NCBI RefSeq assembly: GCF_964355755.1
Contig: NC_092673.1
Span: 7,440,001 to 7,504,000, forward strand
DNA from: Antedon mediterranea
Taxonomy: Eukaryota > Animalia > Echinodermata
Length of the DNA stretch: 64,000 nt
Reading direction: 5' to 3'
Below, one piece after another: positions 40,187-53,109 of the stretch. The notes under the pieces were generated by a model, which was not told the origin of the DNA, searched no databases, and saw only the letters and a program-made list of their open reading frames with translations. Numbering within the stretch: the stretch's first letter is position 1; every line of letters begins with the position of its first letter. Made by a program: the position numbers and the translations under genes.

Positions 40187-41040
40187 GGGTGTCTAGAAAA
40201 CTCAGATCTCAGATATATCTGAGTTTTCTAGATCTAGAAAACTCAGATATCTGACTTTTTTATATCTAGAAAACTAAGATATCAAGATCTGAGTTAGAAA
40301 ACCTAGATCATCAAATGGATCATTCCATTATTACAGGGTACGGTAGCTTGTTTGAAATACTACAGTATTATGTTTTCTTACTATAATAATTATTGTAACT
40401 TGTAGTAGCAGCCTTAACTTAAGTCATAAAGAAATACTGTATACACCTTTTAAAATGTAGGCTTAGCATTATAGGCCTAGCCTAGCTAAGCAAACTCAAT
40501 TGAAGGCTCAACGTGTGGGCGCTATCGCGATGTATCGTGAAGAGTAGGCCTTGCCCTACTAGACTAGGCTAGAAGTGGTCAACTCGTACCCAAAATAACT
40601 CGTACCTATTCCCAACTTGGCCGGCTAACTCATACCTCAACCAACTCGTACCCACACCAACTCGTACATACCTAATTTTTAAGCCTACATTTTAACGGTA
40701 ACGTGCACTGTATTTTCTTTATGATTTAAGCCGTAGGCCGCTTAGTCTTCTACATGTTACAATATTAGTAATATAACGTAGGCCTACACAGGAATCAGTT
40801 TTAATAATTACTCTAGTAGGCCTATTTCAAATGATCTACCTTCTCATTAGTAAAGGAATGATCCAAATATTTGATGATCTGAGTTTTCTAGTTCCAACTC
40901 AGATATTGATATCTGAGTTTCCTAGATCTAGAAAAGTCAGATATCTGAGTTTTCTAGATCTAGAAAAGTTAGATATCTGAGTTTTCTAGATCTAGAAAAC
41001 TGAGATATGAGTTTTCTAGATCAGAGTTTTCTAGACACCC
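40187..41040. mobile_element. Mutator-like MITE with tandem-repeat TIRs
   Basis: gggtgtctagaaaactc / gagttttctagacaccc termini; flanks ctaattttta and ctaatttta (approx. 9-bp TSD). Confidence 0.8.
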
Positions 41041-41521
41041 CTAATTTTATGAAGGATTAGTAAATTGAGTGATAACGGTGGGTTAAAGGCTAAACGAAAT
41101 TGTACTGTTTGGTTAAAAATAAAGGGAACAGAGATCCATATGCACTGGAAATGTTGATATCCCAATACTCTTAATCATCCACAGCAACTCCTTCGTAACG
41201 GGTTTCAAATGTAGGTCTAGTTTATAACATTCCCCGTACAATTACGGTACTTGTGATACCTTTACTCCCCAGACATGTCCTATTTTCATCCAAATTTTAA
41301 ATATTAACAATCTCCTGTATTTACAGTAGTAATTGGTATTACTATAAACAGACAAATTTTGAGTAATTTTCTTCCAAATTTGTAATACTGTAGTAAAACA
41401 TTTTACTGTAATTGCAAGTACAGTAGAGGAAACAATAGTGTAATGGGATTATATAGCATGTTGATAACCATACTGGTGAATAAAGGTAAAATATATTTTA
41501 AGGTGATGATAAATCACTCAC

Positions 41522-41751
41522 CGTCTTCTGAAGCTACTCCAACAGGACAATGCAGATAGTGTTTTTCGTATGGACTGAAATATGGTGCAAGGCGTTCATC
41601 GATTTCAAATGAATGTATTATAAACTGTTTTCCATCAGGATATGTCTCCCTAAATAACTCCACCGTGGATGCCATGTTTCCTCCGCAGTCCAGCAAGATT
41701 TTTCTGGGTCCGATTTCGGTTGATTTGTGATCGTCATCATGTTGCTTATCC
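41522..41751 (-). CDS. Fusion protein exon 2 (SAM-binding motif I)
   Basis: tttaaag acceptor; RKILLDCGGNMAST...IHSFEID matches FkbM DxGANxG...xFE; donor GACG|gtgagt, phase 1 matches exon 3. Confidence 0.88.
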
Positions 41752-41948
41752 CTTTAAAAATAAATTATCAAATCATATTTTTAGGCTTTAGCGTTTGTTA
41801 ATGTTGTTATAATGCATTGGTTATTCTTTGATAAAATATGTATAATTGAGTTACCTCAAACTTAACGTATACGATCAATTCAAATGACAATGAAACAATT
41901 TTCTCTCGACAAAAGTAACATATTAATTTAACTGAAAATTGTAAAATA

Positions 41949-42717
41949 TTTTTAGTCGCGTGGAAGCGACTCTATAGTTCACTATGTCGGTCGGTTGGTC
42001 TGTCTGTCTGTCGGTCTGTCTGTCTTCGGTCCGGTATCACTATGCGTTTTATCGCTTTATGACCTTATCTTGATATCAATTTAATCTAGCTAAGTCAATT
42101 TTTCACAGAATATTCCTTATGGCCAGGAATCGATGTGGTTATGTTTTCACGGTGCGCAATAAAAAATTACGCGGTCTACGCACGATTTAACGAAATCACG
42201 TTTGTAATCATATCTTAACAACCATGAATCACAATTAAATAAAATTTGGTACTCATAAATTCCAGGGCATAAATGATCATATGGCAATACAATTACGTGC
42301 GTAGCGCATGTAACGCATGCGTACGCGCGCTTAAAATTTTCAAAATTTATTTTCGATGAAATAAGAGTACGTTTCAGGCAATTTTAAGCGTTTACAAAAT
42401 GCCATGAGTGCGCAGATTTTTGCGCGCGCACTGCGCGTTAAATGTTATTGCGCATTCTTTTTGCCCGATTTCTGTTTTCTTGACTTACTTTTCAACTCGA
42501 AATTACGTTATACGAGCACGTCAAAAGTGACAGGCTACGCACGTGTAAATTAAAAAAATATAAATGTTTTTAAACATTTCAACATTTTTAAACATGTTCA
42601 GTAATAATGTCGGTCGGTCCGTCTGTCTGTCGGTCTGTCTGTCTGTCGGTCTGTTTGTCTGTCGGTCCGGTATCACTATGCATTGTAGCACGCGACTTAA
42701 TGGCTGTTGGCCTTGTT
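41949..42717 (+). mobile_element. DINE-1/HINE-like element copy
   Basis: tttttagtcgcgtggaagcgact start, two gtctgtcggt microsatellite blocks, ends cacgcgacttaatggctgttggccttgtt. Confidence 0.78.
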
Positions 42718-42844
42718 AAATAATGGTTAAGTAAAGTATCCTAGGTTTGAATATAGTTTCTCTACCAAGCAAATTTGATGAATTATTGTTACTTATTATT
42801 AAGTATCTACTAAACAACAATTCTAATGATATCATAGCACTCAA

Positions 42845-43225
42845 CAGATACAGATACAGATCTTTTATTGTCATACAAACCAAAATAGTTTGTCTTCTTG
42901 TTGCGAAAAAGGATACACTCAATTAGTAGAAAAAAATTTAGAACACTTGCAAAACAAAGATTTTTCCAACAATGAAAATTCTAATTATCTTATCTAGGTT
43001 TGTTTTATTAAATACACTGACAGCTAAAGGTAGAAAGGAATTCCCAAATCGAGTTGTTTTAATACGCATCATTCTTAATCTACCAGACTTAACTATAAAC
43101 TCTCCATGCAAGGGATGCGTATCATCAGCGATAATAGATTTAACTTTCTTATTTACAAGATCATTGCACATGTTTTCTAAGGGGTTTAAGTTTACGTTTA
43201 AAATGTTGCTAGCTGTCTTCACCAA
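42845..43225 (-). mobile_element. LINE 3' end (Rex1/L2-group-like)
   Basis: DTHPLHGEF..SGRLR....KTTRFGNSFLP, then aataaa and (GATCTGT/TATCTG)-type tail on the minus strand. Confidence 0.7.
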
Positions 43226-43440
43226 ATCTTATGGACAAAGGTCTTTTATGTTCTCTGCTGCTTCTCTTTGGAATTCTCTCCCTCGTCATTTTACTAAATT
43301 AACCTGTATTGCTATTTTCAAAAAAGAACTTAAAACGCATCTTTTTAACATCCAATTTAAGCGCCTTTGATTTTTACTTCGGTTTAGTTGATTCTGGCGC
43401 TATACAAATACCTAAATTATTAGTATTATTATTATTCAGT
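43215..43440 (+). mobile_element. LINE (L2-like) 3' end
   Basis: YGQRSFMFSAASLWNSLP...FKKELKTHLF followed by a (TTA)n tail. Confidence 0.7.
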
Positions 43441-43649
43441 CTATTGTTATTGGCTTTGGTAATACTGTTACCCCAAAAAATGCAGCAAAAACAGAGTACA
43501 GATTGTATAACAGATTCATAAAACAGTTTTATCAAAACATTACATATACATTTAACTTATTCATATTTCTTAAACAATAAAGACGTTGGTTACATTTCGC
43601 AGATAATTTATCAGTATTGGGGTTCCAGTTTAATTTATTATCAATCATG

Positions 43650-44700
43650 TTGCCCAGATACATACATTGTTTAGATAATGTAATTAAAGATGAATCAATA
43701 CACACTGATGGCTATGATATTTATAGAAATGACAGAAATAGGGAAGGGGTTGCAGTTTACGTATATAGAGGAGGATTTTTTACTTGTAAACTAAGAAATT
43801 ATTTCATGAAAATGAAAAATCTAATAGTGTTTGTGGAATCTCTCAGGGATCAATATTAGGACCCTTCTATTTATCTTGTGTATTAATGACCTACCTAACT
43901 CGGTTTCCCATATAAATGTAAGCATGTACGCAGATGACACTGTGTTACATTATACATATAAAGACATACACGATATAATATAATATATATATATATATAC
44001 AAAGTAAATACTGATCTAAAACACGTACAACTATATTTAGCAAGTAACAAAAAGTCTAAACGTTAAAAAGACTGATTTTACGAACACATCAAAAATTAAA
44101 TAACTTTATTAACATGGATATTAATATAAATATATATGGTACAAAACTTAAAGAAAAAAATAAATAACTGTAAACATTTAGGTATGAGTATAGATGAACA
44201 TTTAAAATGGCATAAACAAATAGATCAAGTGAAAATAAAGTAATATCAGGTCTGTACTATCTAAAAAATGCAGCAATATTTTTTCCTCAATTAATAATTA
44301 TTCAATCATTAATGTAGCCTACTACAAATCTATCATAGCCCAACATTTTGACTACTGCGATGTTGTATGTGTCGTTGTAACCAAACCCTCAAATGTAAAC
44401 TCCAAGTACTCAAAAATAAAGCAGCCAAAATAATTACACATACATCTAGTTATGACTCTAGCTCACAGGCGGTCAAATATTTAAATTGGCTTAATTTAGA
44501 AGAAAAACAATATTATAACGAAGCAGTCACAATGTATAAAATAATGAATAACTTAACACCATCCTACTTAAGAGACAGATTCTATGAACGCAAACAAACA
44601 TATAATACTAGATCAAAAGATATTCTAAGTTTACATAAGGCAAACACTGAGTATAAATTGAAAAGTTTCTCGTATTCTGGCGCAAAGCTATGACATTTTG
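43650..44700 (+). mobile_element. Degenerate CR1/L2-group LINE ORF2 fragment with large internal deletion
   Basis: GYDIYRNDRNREGVAVY (APE endonuclease) joined to QGSILGP, INDLP, MYADDT, DYCDVV and KSFSYSGAKL motifs. Confidence 0.8.
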
Positions 44701-44971
44701 TGAGCAATTATGTGTTTCCACTGTAATGTATTTTTTATTCAATTTATGTCCACTTTCTTATTCTATCTAAACTACAAAACACCCAAAATATTTTACTGTT
44801 GTTAGTGTCTTCGCGCATCATCTAATTTTGACTACTACTACCTTTTTTGTGTTGATTTCAAATTCGTAAGCAGCTGTAGTTTTATTATTCCAATACATCT
44901 TAATTCTATGAATTACCAATGCATATTTTATCATTGAAATCTTTTAAACTGCTGACTGATTGACAGAGTTA

Positions 44972-46009
44972 AGGGTCTTTCACACCTGTTCCGGCAGCGA
45001 TTTTTTTTTCGTACATAAGTTGGGGACCCCTCATGAAACGTCACAAAATAAACATGAATAATTCATCAGTTAAATTTGTTGTTCCGTGTGCGTATAGCAA
45101 CAAGAAGTGATTACACAACTGCGATACGATACTTTCTACAGTAGGCCTAGGATTCTAAGTCAATTCACGTGATTGCCTTCGCGCACTCTTCTTCACACAG
45201 AATGTGTCGAGTCGAGGCTAATCGACAGCTAGGCAAGACATTAAACTAAGTAGTAATTCATTGGACATAGCCCAAAGAAAGCTTAGACCCACAAGAAAAA
45301 AGAATGTGTATAATTTGTGTACTGTATTTGTTTAATTCTGCTATTTTATTATCAAACAATATGCATGTACTCAAAGGAAGATTTGACCCACAAGAATAAA
45401 AAATCTATTTTTGTGTAATGTTTATTGTTTAATTTTGCTGACTTATTACTCGGATTGTGTCATACCAAAAATAGTGTAACTATCTTTGGTCATACCTAAC
45501 ACACACACGTCACACACACCCACACAGAATAGACATGGGTTTAGAGACTAATAATGCCTAATAGTATTAATAGAAAATATAATTTTAACACGTAATTCTT
45601 TAGTAATAAATTATATTAAAAACACCATAAACTAAAGGCTGATTATTTCGACAATCCACACAAAACGCCGCTATTCTTCTATGAAATCGCACGCCGCAAC
45701 AACAGCGGAGATAGGCCTAGAATCGTACCGCACTTGTGTAATAATCACTTCTTGTTGCTATACGCTTGGGTGCACACGGAACAAGAAAATTTAACTGATG
45801 AATTATTCATGTTTCTTTTGTGACGTTTCATGAGGGAGTCCCCAACTTATGTACGAAAAAAAAAATCGCGTTCCGGCACGGTTCCGGTCCGGCGCCGGAA
45901 AATCCAATCGAACGTCAATGTTTCGTTTTCACGCGCATACCGATTGGCGCATAGCCACGTGAAAACGAAACATTGATGTTCGATTCGCCGGACCGGAACC
46001 GTGCCGGAA
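44972..46009. mobile_element. Palindromic PIF/Harbinger-like MITE, right terminus lost, interrupted by 44997-45869
   Basis: taa followed by gggtctttcacac; ttccggcacggttccggtccggcg (45871-45894) mirrored at 45986-46009. Confidence 0.55.
44997..45869. mobile_element. Mutator-like MITE, ~155-bp TIRs, 9-bp TSD
   Basis: TSD gttccggca at 44988-44996 and 45870-45878; 44997-45150 is the reverse complement of 45710-45869. Confidence 0.85.
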
Positions 46010-46705
46010 TAATATTCACACAGCACAATTTTTCTTTAGCGTCTTTTACAGTCAAAAGTAAACTCTAAAGTTTCATGTTCAGGATCGCTTTAAACTTTTA
46101 GTGGCGTGCAATGCAAATTTACAGCTCACTATGTCGGTCGGTTGGTCGGTCGGTCGGTCGGTTGGTCTAACTTGAGCACTCGACTACAGCCATGTATATG
46201 GCCTTGTTAGCTCACAGGTATTTCAAAGTGAAGGGATAGTGTATAACAAAATCAATGGTCGTAAATAGTTTCGAATTTTATTCTTGATACAATTTGTTTT
46301 TATTTTGTCAAATTTTATTCATTTATTTTATTCATTTTATTATACTTACTCCTCCCATGCGAAGTTTTACAAACACAACTCGCAGATGACCTGTAAATGT
46401 TTTGACTTGGTATATAGAGTATATAAATATATCTTTTCAGTTGTTATTTTCAGTTATTATTATTATTATTATATTATATTTACTGTTGTTATTTATTATA
46501 TTATTAGTATTATTTATAGTATTACTATTTTTAATTATTGTTTTTTACTACGTAATTTTTTGTATATCGCTGTTACCGACTACAACAGCAGCGATCGTTT
46601 TATTTATTATATGATTGCCAGTTAGCAAGATAACAAATTAACATCAACATAATAGACTATAATACATTAACATAACACAATACTGTATGACATGAATTAT
46701 TAAAA

Positions 46706-48856
46706 CTAGATGGCACGCTCGCTTCGCTCGCGTACCATCTAGGTGGATTGCCATCTTTTTTTCCACATCTTGCAGTTCTTTTTATATAAGGTATTATTTG
46801 ATGTTATCAATATATTTAAAAAAATAAAATTATTTATTTATTTATATATATTTACACAGTGCTATGCAACACAATTGATTTGTATATATGTATGTGTGTG
46901 TGTATGTATATAGCTCTGCTAACTTTTCTGGCTGTTTACTTTATCGTTTTGATTTAGTTTTTCGCTTTTTTTGTATCTCCATTGAGATCCAGCCACTGAT
47001 ACCCACAGCATTGTCATTTTTTTCAGTTATTTGCCTTTGGATTTATATATATTTGTATATATATATTTATATATTCTTTGCCTGATTTGTTTATATATAA
47101 ATATTGTATATTTATATATATATATATATATATGTAACTGAAAATAGTCTATATAGGCTATATATTTATATTATATTTCCTCATCTTTATCGTTTCAAAT
47201 TAATTAATTAACATTTCAGTATATCGCCGGGCTGTTTAGAATTAATGTTTATTGTCTGATGAGTTTGTGTGTATGTATGTATGTATATATGTATATATAC
47301 ATTTATATAGGTGTGTGTGTACATATATGCATATATATACAAATAAATAAAATAATTAAATTAATGTTAATGTTCTTTGCCTGATTTGTTTATATATATA
47401 AATATGTATATTTATATATGTGTGTAACTAAAAATAGTCTATATAGGCTATATATTTATATTATATTTCCTCATCTTTATCGTTTCAAATTAATTAATTA
47501 AAATTTCAGTATATCACCGGGCGGTTTAGAACTAATGTTCTTTGCCTGTCGTGTTTATATATTATATTAATGAAATGTATTATTTGTAACTCGTACTTAC
47601 TTTTTTTAATACCTTATTCATTTGTTTTAGTATTGAATGAAAGAAAGAAAATAAATGTTTACGTTGAGTTGAGTTGAGTTGAGTTGAGTAGGTCGTGCCC
47701 ACAGATGGTTCTCGAATACACAGTATTTTCCAGCGAGAAAAAAATGGAGATTTCAAATGTACGTACTGCAGGACTATAATACATTGTCGTTTACAGAAAC
47801 GAATAAATATACACGATGATTTATGTAGTCAGCTAAAATTAGCACCCTGGGAATTACTTCCGAGAGAGAAACAAAATGAGTCAATTTTTTTTATTTGGAC
47901 TCATTTAAACAAACCCAATTTGTGTTTTGTATGTAACATTAAGGGTTGAGAGATGGGGGAAGAAGATAGGTACAAAGAGGAAACATTTTAAAATATATTC
48001 TTATACACTCAGTAACGAAAAATTGTTTTTAATGTTTTATAGGCCTATAAATAATATACCACTAAATACGTTTATATATTTTTAAATTATTAATTAATAC
48101 AAACGTTGAGAAGCAACTGTCAGTAATAACGTTTATTTATTTGTATATTATATGTTTATAAACTAACAGTAGGGCCTACCCACACTCACAGTAAAAAAAG
48201 TTTATTTGTATATTTGTTTATATTATATTTAACAGTACCAACACTCACAGTAAGAAATTTGCGATTCAAATTGCGATCAAAAGTGGTTAATACCTTAACA
48301 GTATTGTACAGCATTGCAATACTATTTATGTTTATTCTCCAAGGGGGCCCATAAATCTAAATCTATACCTCTATGGTTAAACCAAATAATTTGGAATGTT
48401 CCATTCATCACAAATCAATACATTTGTAAAAACGTATATTACATGTATCAAAATAGCATTTTTTAAAGAAAATCGGCCTGTCTTCAACATTATGATGCTG
48501 TACTCGAACTGTTCAACCGGTTTTCAGCTATTAAAAACAATTATCGTAGGAGGAGATAGGAAAATGCGAAGTGTCCTCGTATTATTGTGTGCGGGTATTT
48601 TTCAAATTGGACATCCATTAGACAGTGTATACCACGATAAGGAAAACACCCCTATTTGGGGCAAATCGTTGAACCTAAATTCGTTTTAATCGTCAATAAC
48701 TAATTATCGAACTCAATTTAATTAGTAAACAGGGTTACATCAGGTGGTTAAAATCAGTACCGAAAGTACGAACCAACTTTATATACCATCGAGTAAACAT
48801 TCTAGAAATAACGCACGATTTACCGATTTTTGCCTTTACGTAAATTTATATATAGA
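46706..48856 (-). mobile_element. Non-autonomous Helitron copy with ~950 bp AT-rich internal insert
   Basis: On the minus strand begins TCTATATA and ends hairpin-CTAG, between A and T; homologous to 59478-60931. Confidence 0.8.
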
Positions 48857-49202
48857 TGAAATCGATACTGAAAATAAAACTTTAGAGTGGCCAATTTGAA
48901 TCTCTTTCTTCCTGTGGGGTTTTTTTCTGAATTAATATTTCAGTGTTGGCTCTAGTTGTCAGTACTTCCTCATTTGTGTGTGGGTCCATACAATTTTAAG
49001 TATTAATCGTACAGAACACATTAATGTTTTTAGTTATTACTACTTAATTTACTATGTAATTGTTTTGTATCCCTGTTACCGATGACAGCAGCGATCGTTT
49101 TATGACATGATTGCCAGTGGCAAACTAAAAAATTAATTAACATCCACATAATAGTTACCATAATACATTAACATAACACAATATAACATGAATTATTTAA
49201 AA

Positions 49203-52200
49203 CTAGATGGTACGCTCGCCTCGCTCGCGTACCATCTAGGTCGTAGATGGTTCTCGAATACACAGTAATGTTAGCGTTAAAAAAATGGCGATTTCAAAAC
49301 GTACCGCATGACTATAAATATATTTTTCAGAAACGAATAAATAGACACAATGATTATTAATGTAGTCAACTAAAATTAGCACCATGGGAAGTAGACCTAC
49401 TTCCGAAGGAGAAAGTTGTTTAAAAACTTATTTCAACAAATCCAATATGTGTTTTGCATATAACATTCGAGTTGAGGGATGGGGAAGAGGATGGTAAAAA
49501 CAATTTTTAAATATATTCTTTATCCACTCAGTAACGAAATATTGTTTTAAATGTTTTATAGGCCTATCAACAATATACCACTAAACACAGTAAAACATTT
49601 ACGATTTAATACTTTTAAAACTGTCCCTGTTATAGTCGATTTATAGTAAAGTGCATGTAACGATACACCACTACGACGTTTTTTATTTTAATTATTAATT
49701 AATACAAACGCTGAGAAGCAACTGTCAGTAATAAAGCTTTTATTTGTATATTATGTGTTTATATATGTAATGGTTCATGATTTTAGGCACTATTGTTTAT
49801 TTAACTCAATTACCCAAATTAAAGGAATAATTAATGGAACATCCTAAAGTGGTATATCCTATTGGACTGTCCAACGGGAAGGGGTACTTGAGAAGCCAAG
49901 CCAAGTAGCTTTTATCTGTCTCTTTGTTCCAAGCCATTGTCAAGAGCAGACATATAGAATTTTAAGCTGATGTCTTTATAAATTCAAAGCCTTAATATAG
50001 AACTATTATTATACTGTATCAAGCTTGGTAATACCCGATCTATTTAGACAAATGATTTGCCATGAACTGAGGCAGGCTATGATAATTTTGTACCTCTTTA
50101 CAGAGGCTGTTTTGCCTGCCTGTTTTTGGTGCCGCCTGTTTATTTTTTAATAAATGTTATGCAATCAAGACGAGTTACATGTTGTCATTGTACAGTACGT
50201 GTCGACCGTTACGCCACACAAGATAGGGAGGTCAGAGCCTTTTTCATATATCCAGCTGTAGAGCCTACCCACATTCACAGTAAGAAAATTTCGATTTAAA
50301 TGGCGACCAAAAATGGTTCATTCATTCATAATGGTATATTTATTAAATTAAAATTATCTTCACAAAAAACGAACTGAATTGTGACAATGGTTTACATTAT
50401 TAAAAGGTACTTAAAATATTTAAAATGTTTTAAAAAGATAGCATAAAATAACATAACAAATTGAGAACCACACAATACATCATATAAAAACATAAATAAA
50501 CGAGTAGGCCTACAACATCAAAACAAGTAAAAATCTAAATGACTGGCCAAGTGAATTGAAAAAATGACCAAACATATTATATTTTATTTTATTCTTTTTA
50601 CTTTTTTTCAATACTGTAGTAAAATCAGTTGAGGTTCCACTGCCTAATCATGTATGGAATGGAACTGTTACGATATCTGACAGTCCGGCAAACAGGGACA
50701 GTAAGTTTGTTTGCGCTTCGTAGGTCTCTGCCATGAGACTCAAACCTACTGAGTGGAATACACTCATCTTGGCTTGAAATTAACGAGGCAAAACATTTGC
50801 TACAAATTTCATTACGACGAACATTTAATTGTATTAAATTACACTGATCAAGAGCTAGATTATAGTGCGAAAACAGAGGCCATAGAATAATTTTACAAGC
50901 TCGCTTTTGGATTCGCTCTAACATATTTGATTCAAGTTGGGTAAGACCAGAATGCCACACAGGAGCAGCGTATTCAGTTAAGGGTCTGACATACCCAGTG
51001 TAAATAGTTAATAAGTCAACAATTGGCATTGTGAATCGCTTAAGGACTTTCAACAAATATAATCTACCATTAGCTTTGCTAAGCACTTTAGTCATATGAG
51101 AGCTCCATTTAAGATCAGAACTAATGTTAACGCCTAAGATTGTAGTATTATTCACAATGTGCAACGACTGTCTATCAATGTTGACTACATGATTAACATT
51201 TTCTCTAGAGAAATTTACACTCATAACTAAACATTTGCTAGGATTAAGTTTAATATTATTAACTGTCGTCCATTGCGATAGTTCGTTTAAGTGATTTTGC
51301 ATAAAGCTAGGTTGCTTGCAAAGACGGGGTACAACAATGGTAATATCATCAACATACTTAAATACGTCAATCGGCTTATCGTAAAAAGCATCATTAACCA
51401 TGGCAAGGAAGCAGAGGGGTCCTAAGCTGGTACCTTGAGGGACACCTCGAATGTATTCCCATTCACTAATGCTGTCTAGAAATCTAACACATTGTGTTTG
51501 ATCACTAAGAAAACTAATAATTCATGTAATTACAGATGGACGGACTTGAAATTTAATCCATTGTGGTCAACATAGTCAAAAGCTTTTTTAAAATCAGTTA
51601 CCACTACAGTACTTTCACTTTGTTTCTTATCAGCACTTCTATAGAGAACAGCCATAAGCTTAACAATATAATGATTAGTAGATATCTCTTTACGATTACC
51701 ATACTGGTTGTGGTCAAGGTTGGGATTCATTTCATCTAACAACAACTTAGACATGAAAATTTCTGAAATTTTTGCAAAGTAGTCAGTGAGGGAAATTGGT
51801 CTAAATTTACGTATTTACAATATTGTTAAAGTATTACAATATACTATATATCAGTTTAAAGTTTGATGATCTCCAAGGGCCCATAAATTTACCTACTTGT
51901 GTTAAACCAAGGGCTAATAAATTTACCTACAAACTGGGAGTCTGAGAGATTGAAATTTCAAATTTATCGCAAATCAATACATTTGTATGTATATTAAATC
52001 TAGACTATCAAAATAGTATTTTTTAAAGCACATTATGATACTGTACTCGAGATGTTCAATCGGTTTTCAGCTATTAAAACAATTATCGTAGGAGGAGATA
52101 GGTAAATGCGAGGCATCCTCGTATTATTGTGTGCAGGTATTTTTCAAGAGGACATTAGTACAGTGTATACCACGAACGGAAAACACCCCTATTTGGGGCA

Positions 52201-52380
52201 AATTGTTGAAACTAAATTCGTTTTAATTGTCAATAACTCAATTTAATTAGTAAACAGGGTTACATCAGGTGGTTAAAATCAGTACTGAGATTCTAACCAA
52301 CTTTATATACCATCGAGTAAACATTCTAGAAATAACGCACGATTTACCGAATTTTGCACTTATGTAAATTTATATATAGA
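49203..52380 (-). mobile_element. Non-autonomous Helitron copy interrupted by a LINE
   Basis: Same TC...CTAG termini and internal blocks as 46706-48856. Confidence 0.8.
50318..51810 (-). mobile_element. 5'-truncated LINE (RT domain, CR1/L2/Rex1 group) with (TGAA)n tail
   Basis: RPISLTD, NQYGNRK, DFKKAFDYVDH, GVPQGTSLGP, YVDD, EYAAPVWHSGLT; aataaa plus (atga)n at ~50318-50345. Confidence 0.9.
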
Positions 52381-52789
52381 TGACATCGATACTGAATATG
52401 AAACTTTAGAATTTACTTTTGACTGTAATAAAAATAATATTATTATGAATATTTGTTACTATGGATAATTTTGTTGATTGTTCAGTTAACAGAAAAGGAG
52501 TGGCCAATTTGAATCTATTTCTTTCTGTGGGTTTTTTTCTGAATTAATATTTCAGTGCTGGCTCTAATTGTCAGTATTTTCTCATTTGTGTGTGGGTGCT
52601 CCATACAATTTTAAGTATTAATCGTACAGAACACATTTCTGTTGCTTCTTATCTTTTGTTCACTCTTTTGGACATGTTCTACCATTCAGATGCATACATT
52701 AGTATTTACATATCCACTTAAATAGGCTCGCAAACATCTAGCGTGTGTACTTTTCAGAGTTATAAAAGAAATTACAAAAACTACATTAC

Positions 52790-53109
52790 CCGTGCGATCC
52801 AAAATACAATGTGCTTACTACAGGTTCTCGCCTATTTTCTTGTAGAACTGTATTGTTTGTAAAATCGCAATGGATAGCTGTTAAAACAACTCCAATAGTA
52901 AAAGATAATCCGCATATAGCAATAATTTTTATTCCGCTAGTCATATTGACAGTTTTAAAACAAGTAGGAAAGAAAACCATAAAGGCTAGGTTGTTATAAT
53001 TTTGAACATAAGAGGGCGAAATTTTCTCTACTAAACACGCGTTAGACACAACGATCAACAAATTGATTATAATTGTTTTGAAGGGATATTTTTGCTTATT
53101 TATGGACAT
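52790..53109 (-). CDS. Fusion protein exon 1 (hydrophobic signal/anchor); true start may be 53109, 52980 or 52944
   Basis: IIAICGLSFTIGVVLTAI hydrophobic stretch; donor GG|gtaatg, phase 2 matches exon 2. Linkage across the 11-kb intron is inferred. Confidence 0.65.

Noticed and set aside
29439-41751. Bacterial contaminant or operon explanation for the FkbM/NodB-like sequences
   Set aside because: The coding segments are split by spliceosomal introns with consistent phases and are embedded among animal transposons.
46284-46625. Hydrophobic ORFs resembling membrane proteins
   Set aside because: Translation of (TTA)n low-complexity sequence.
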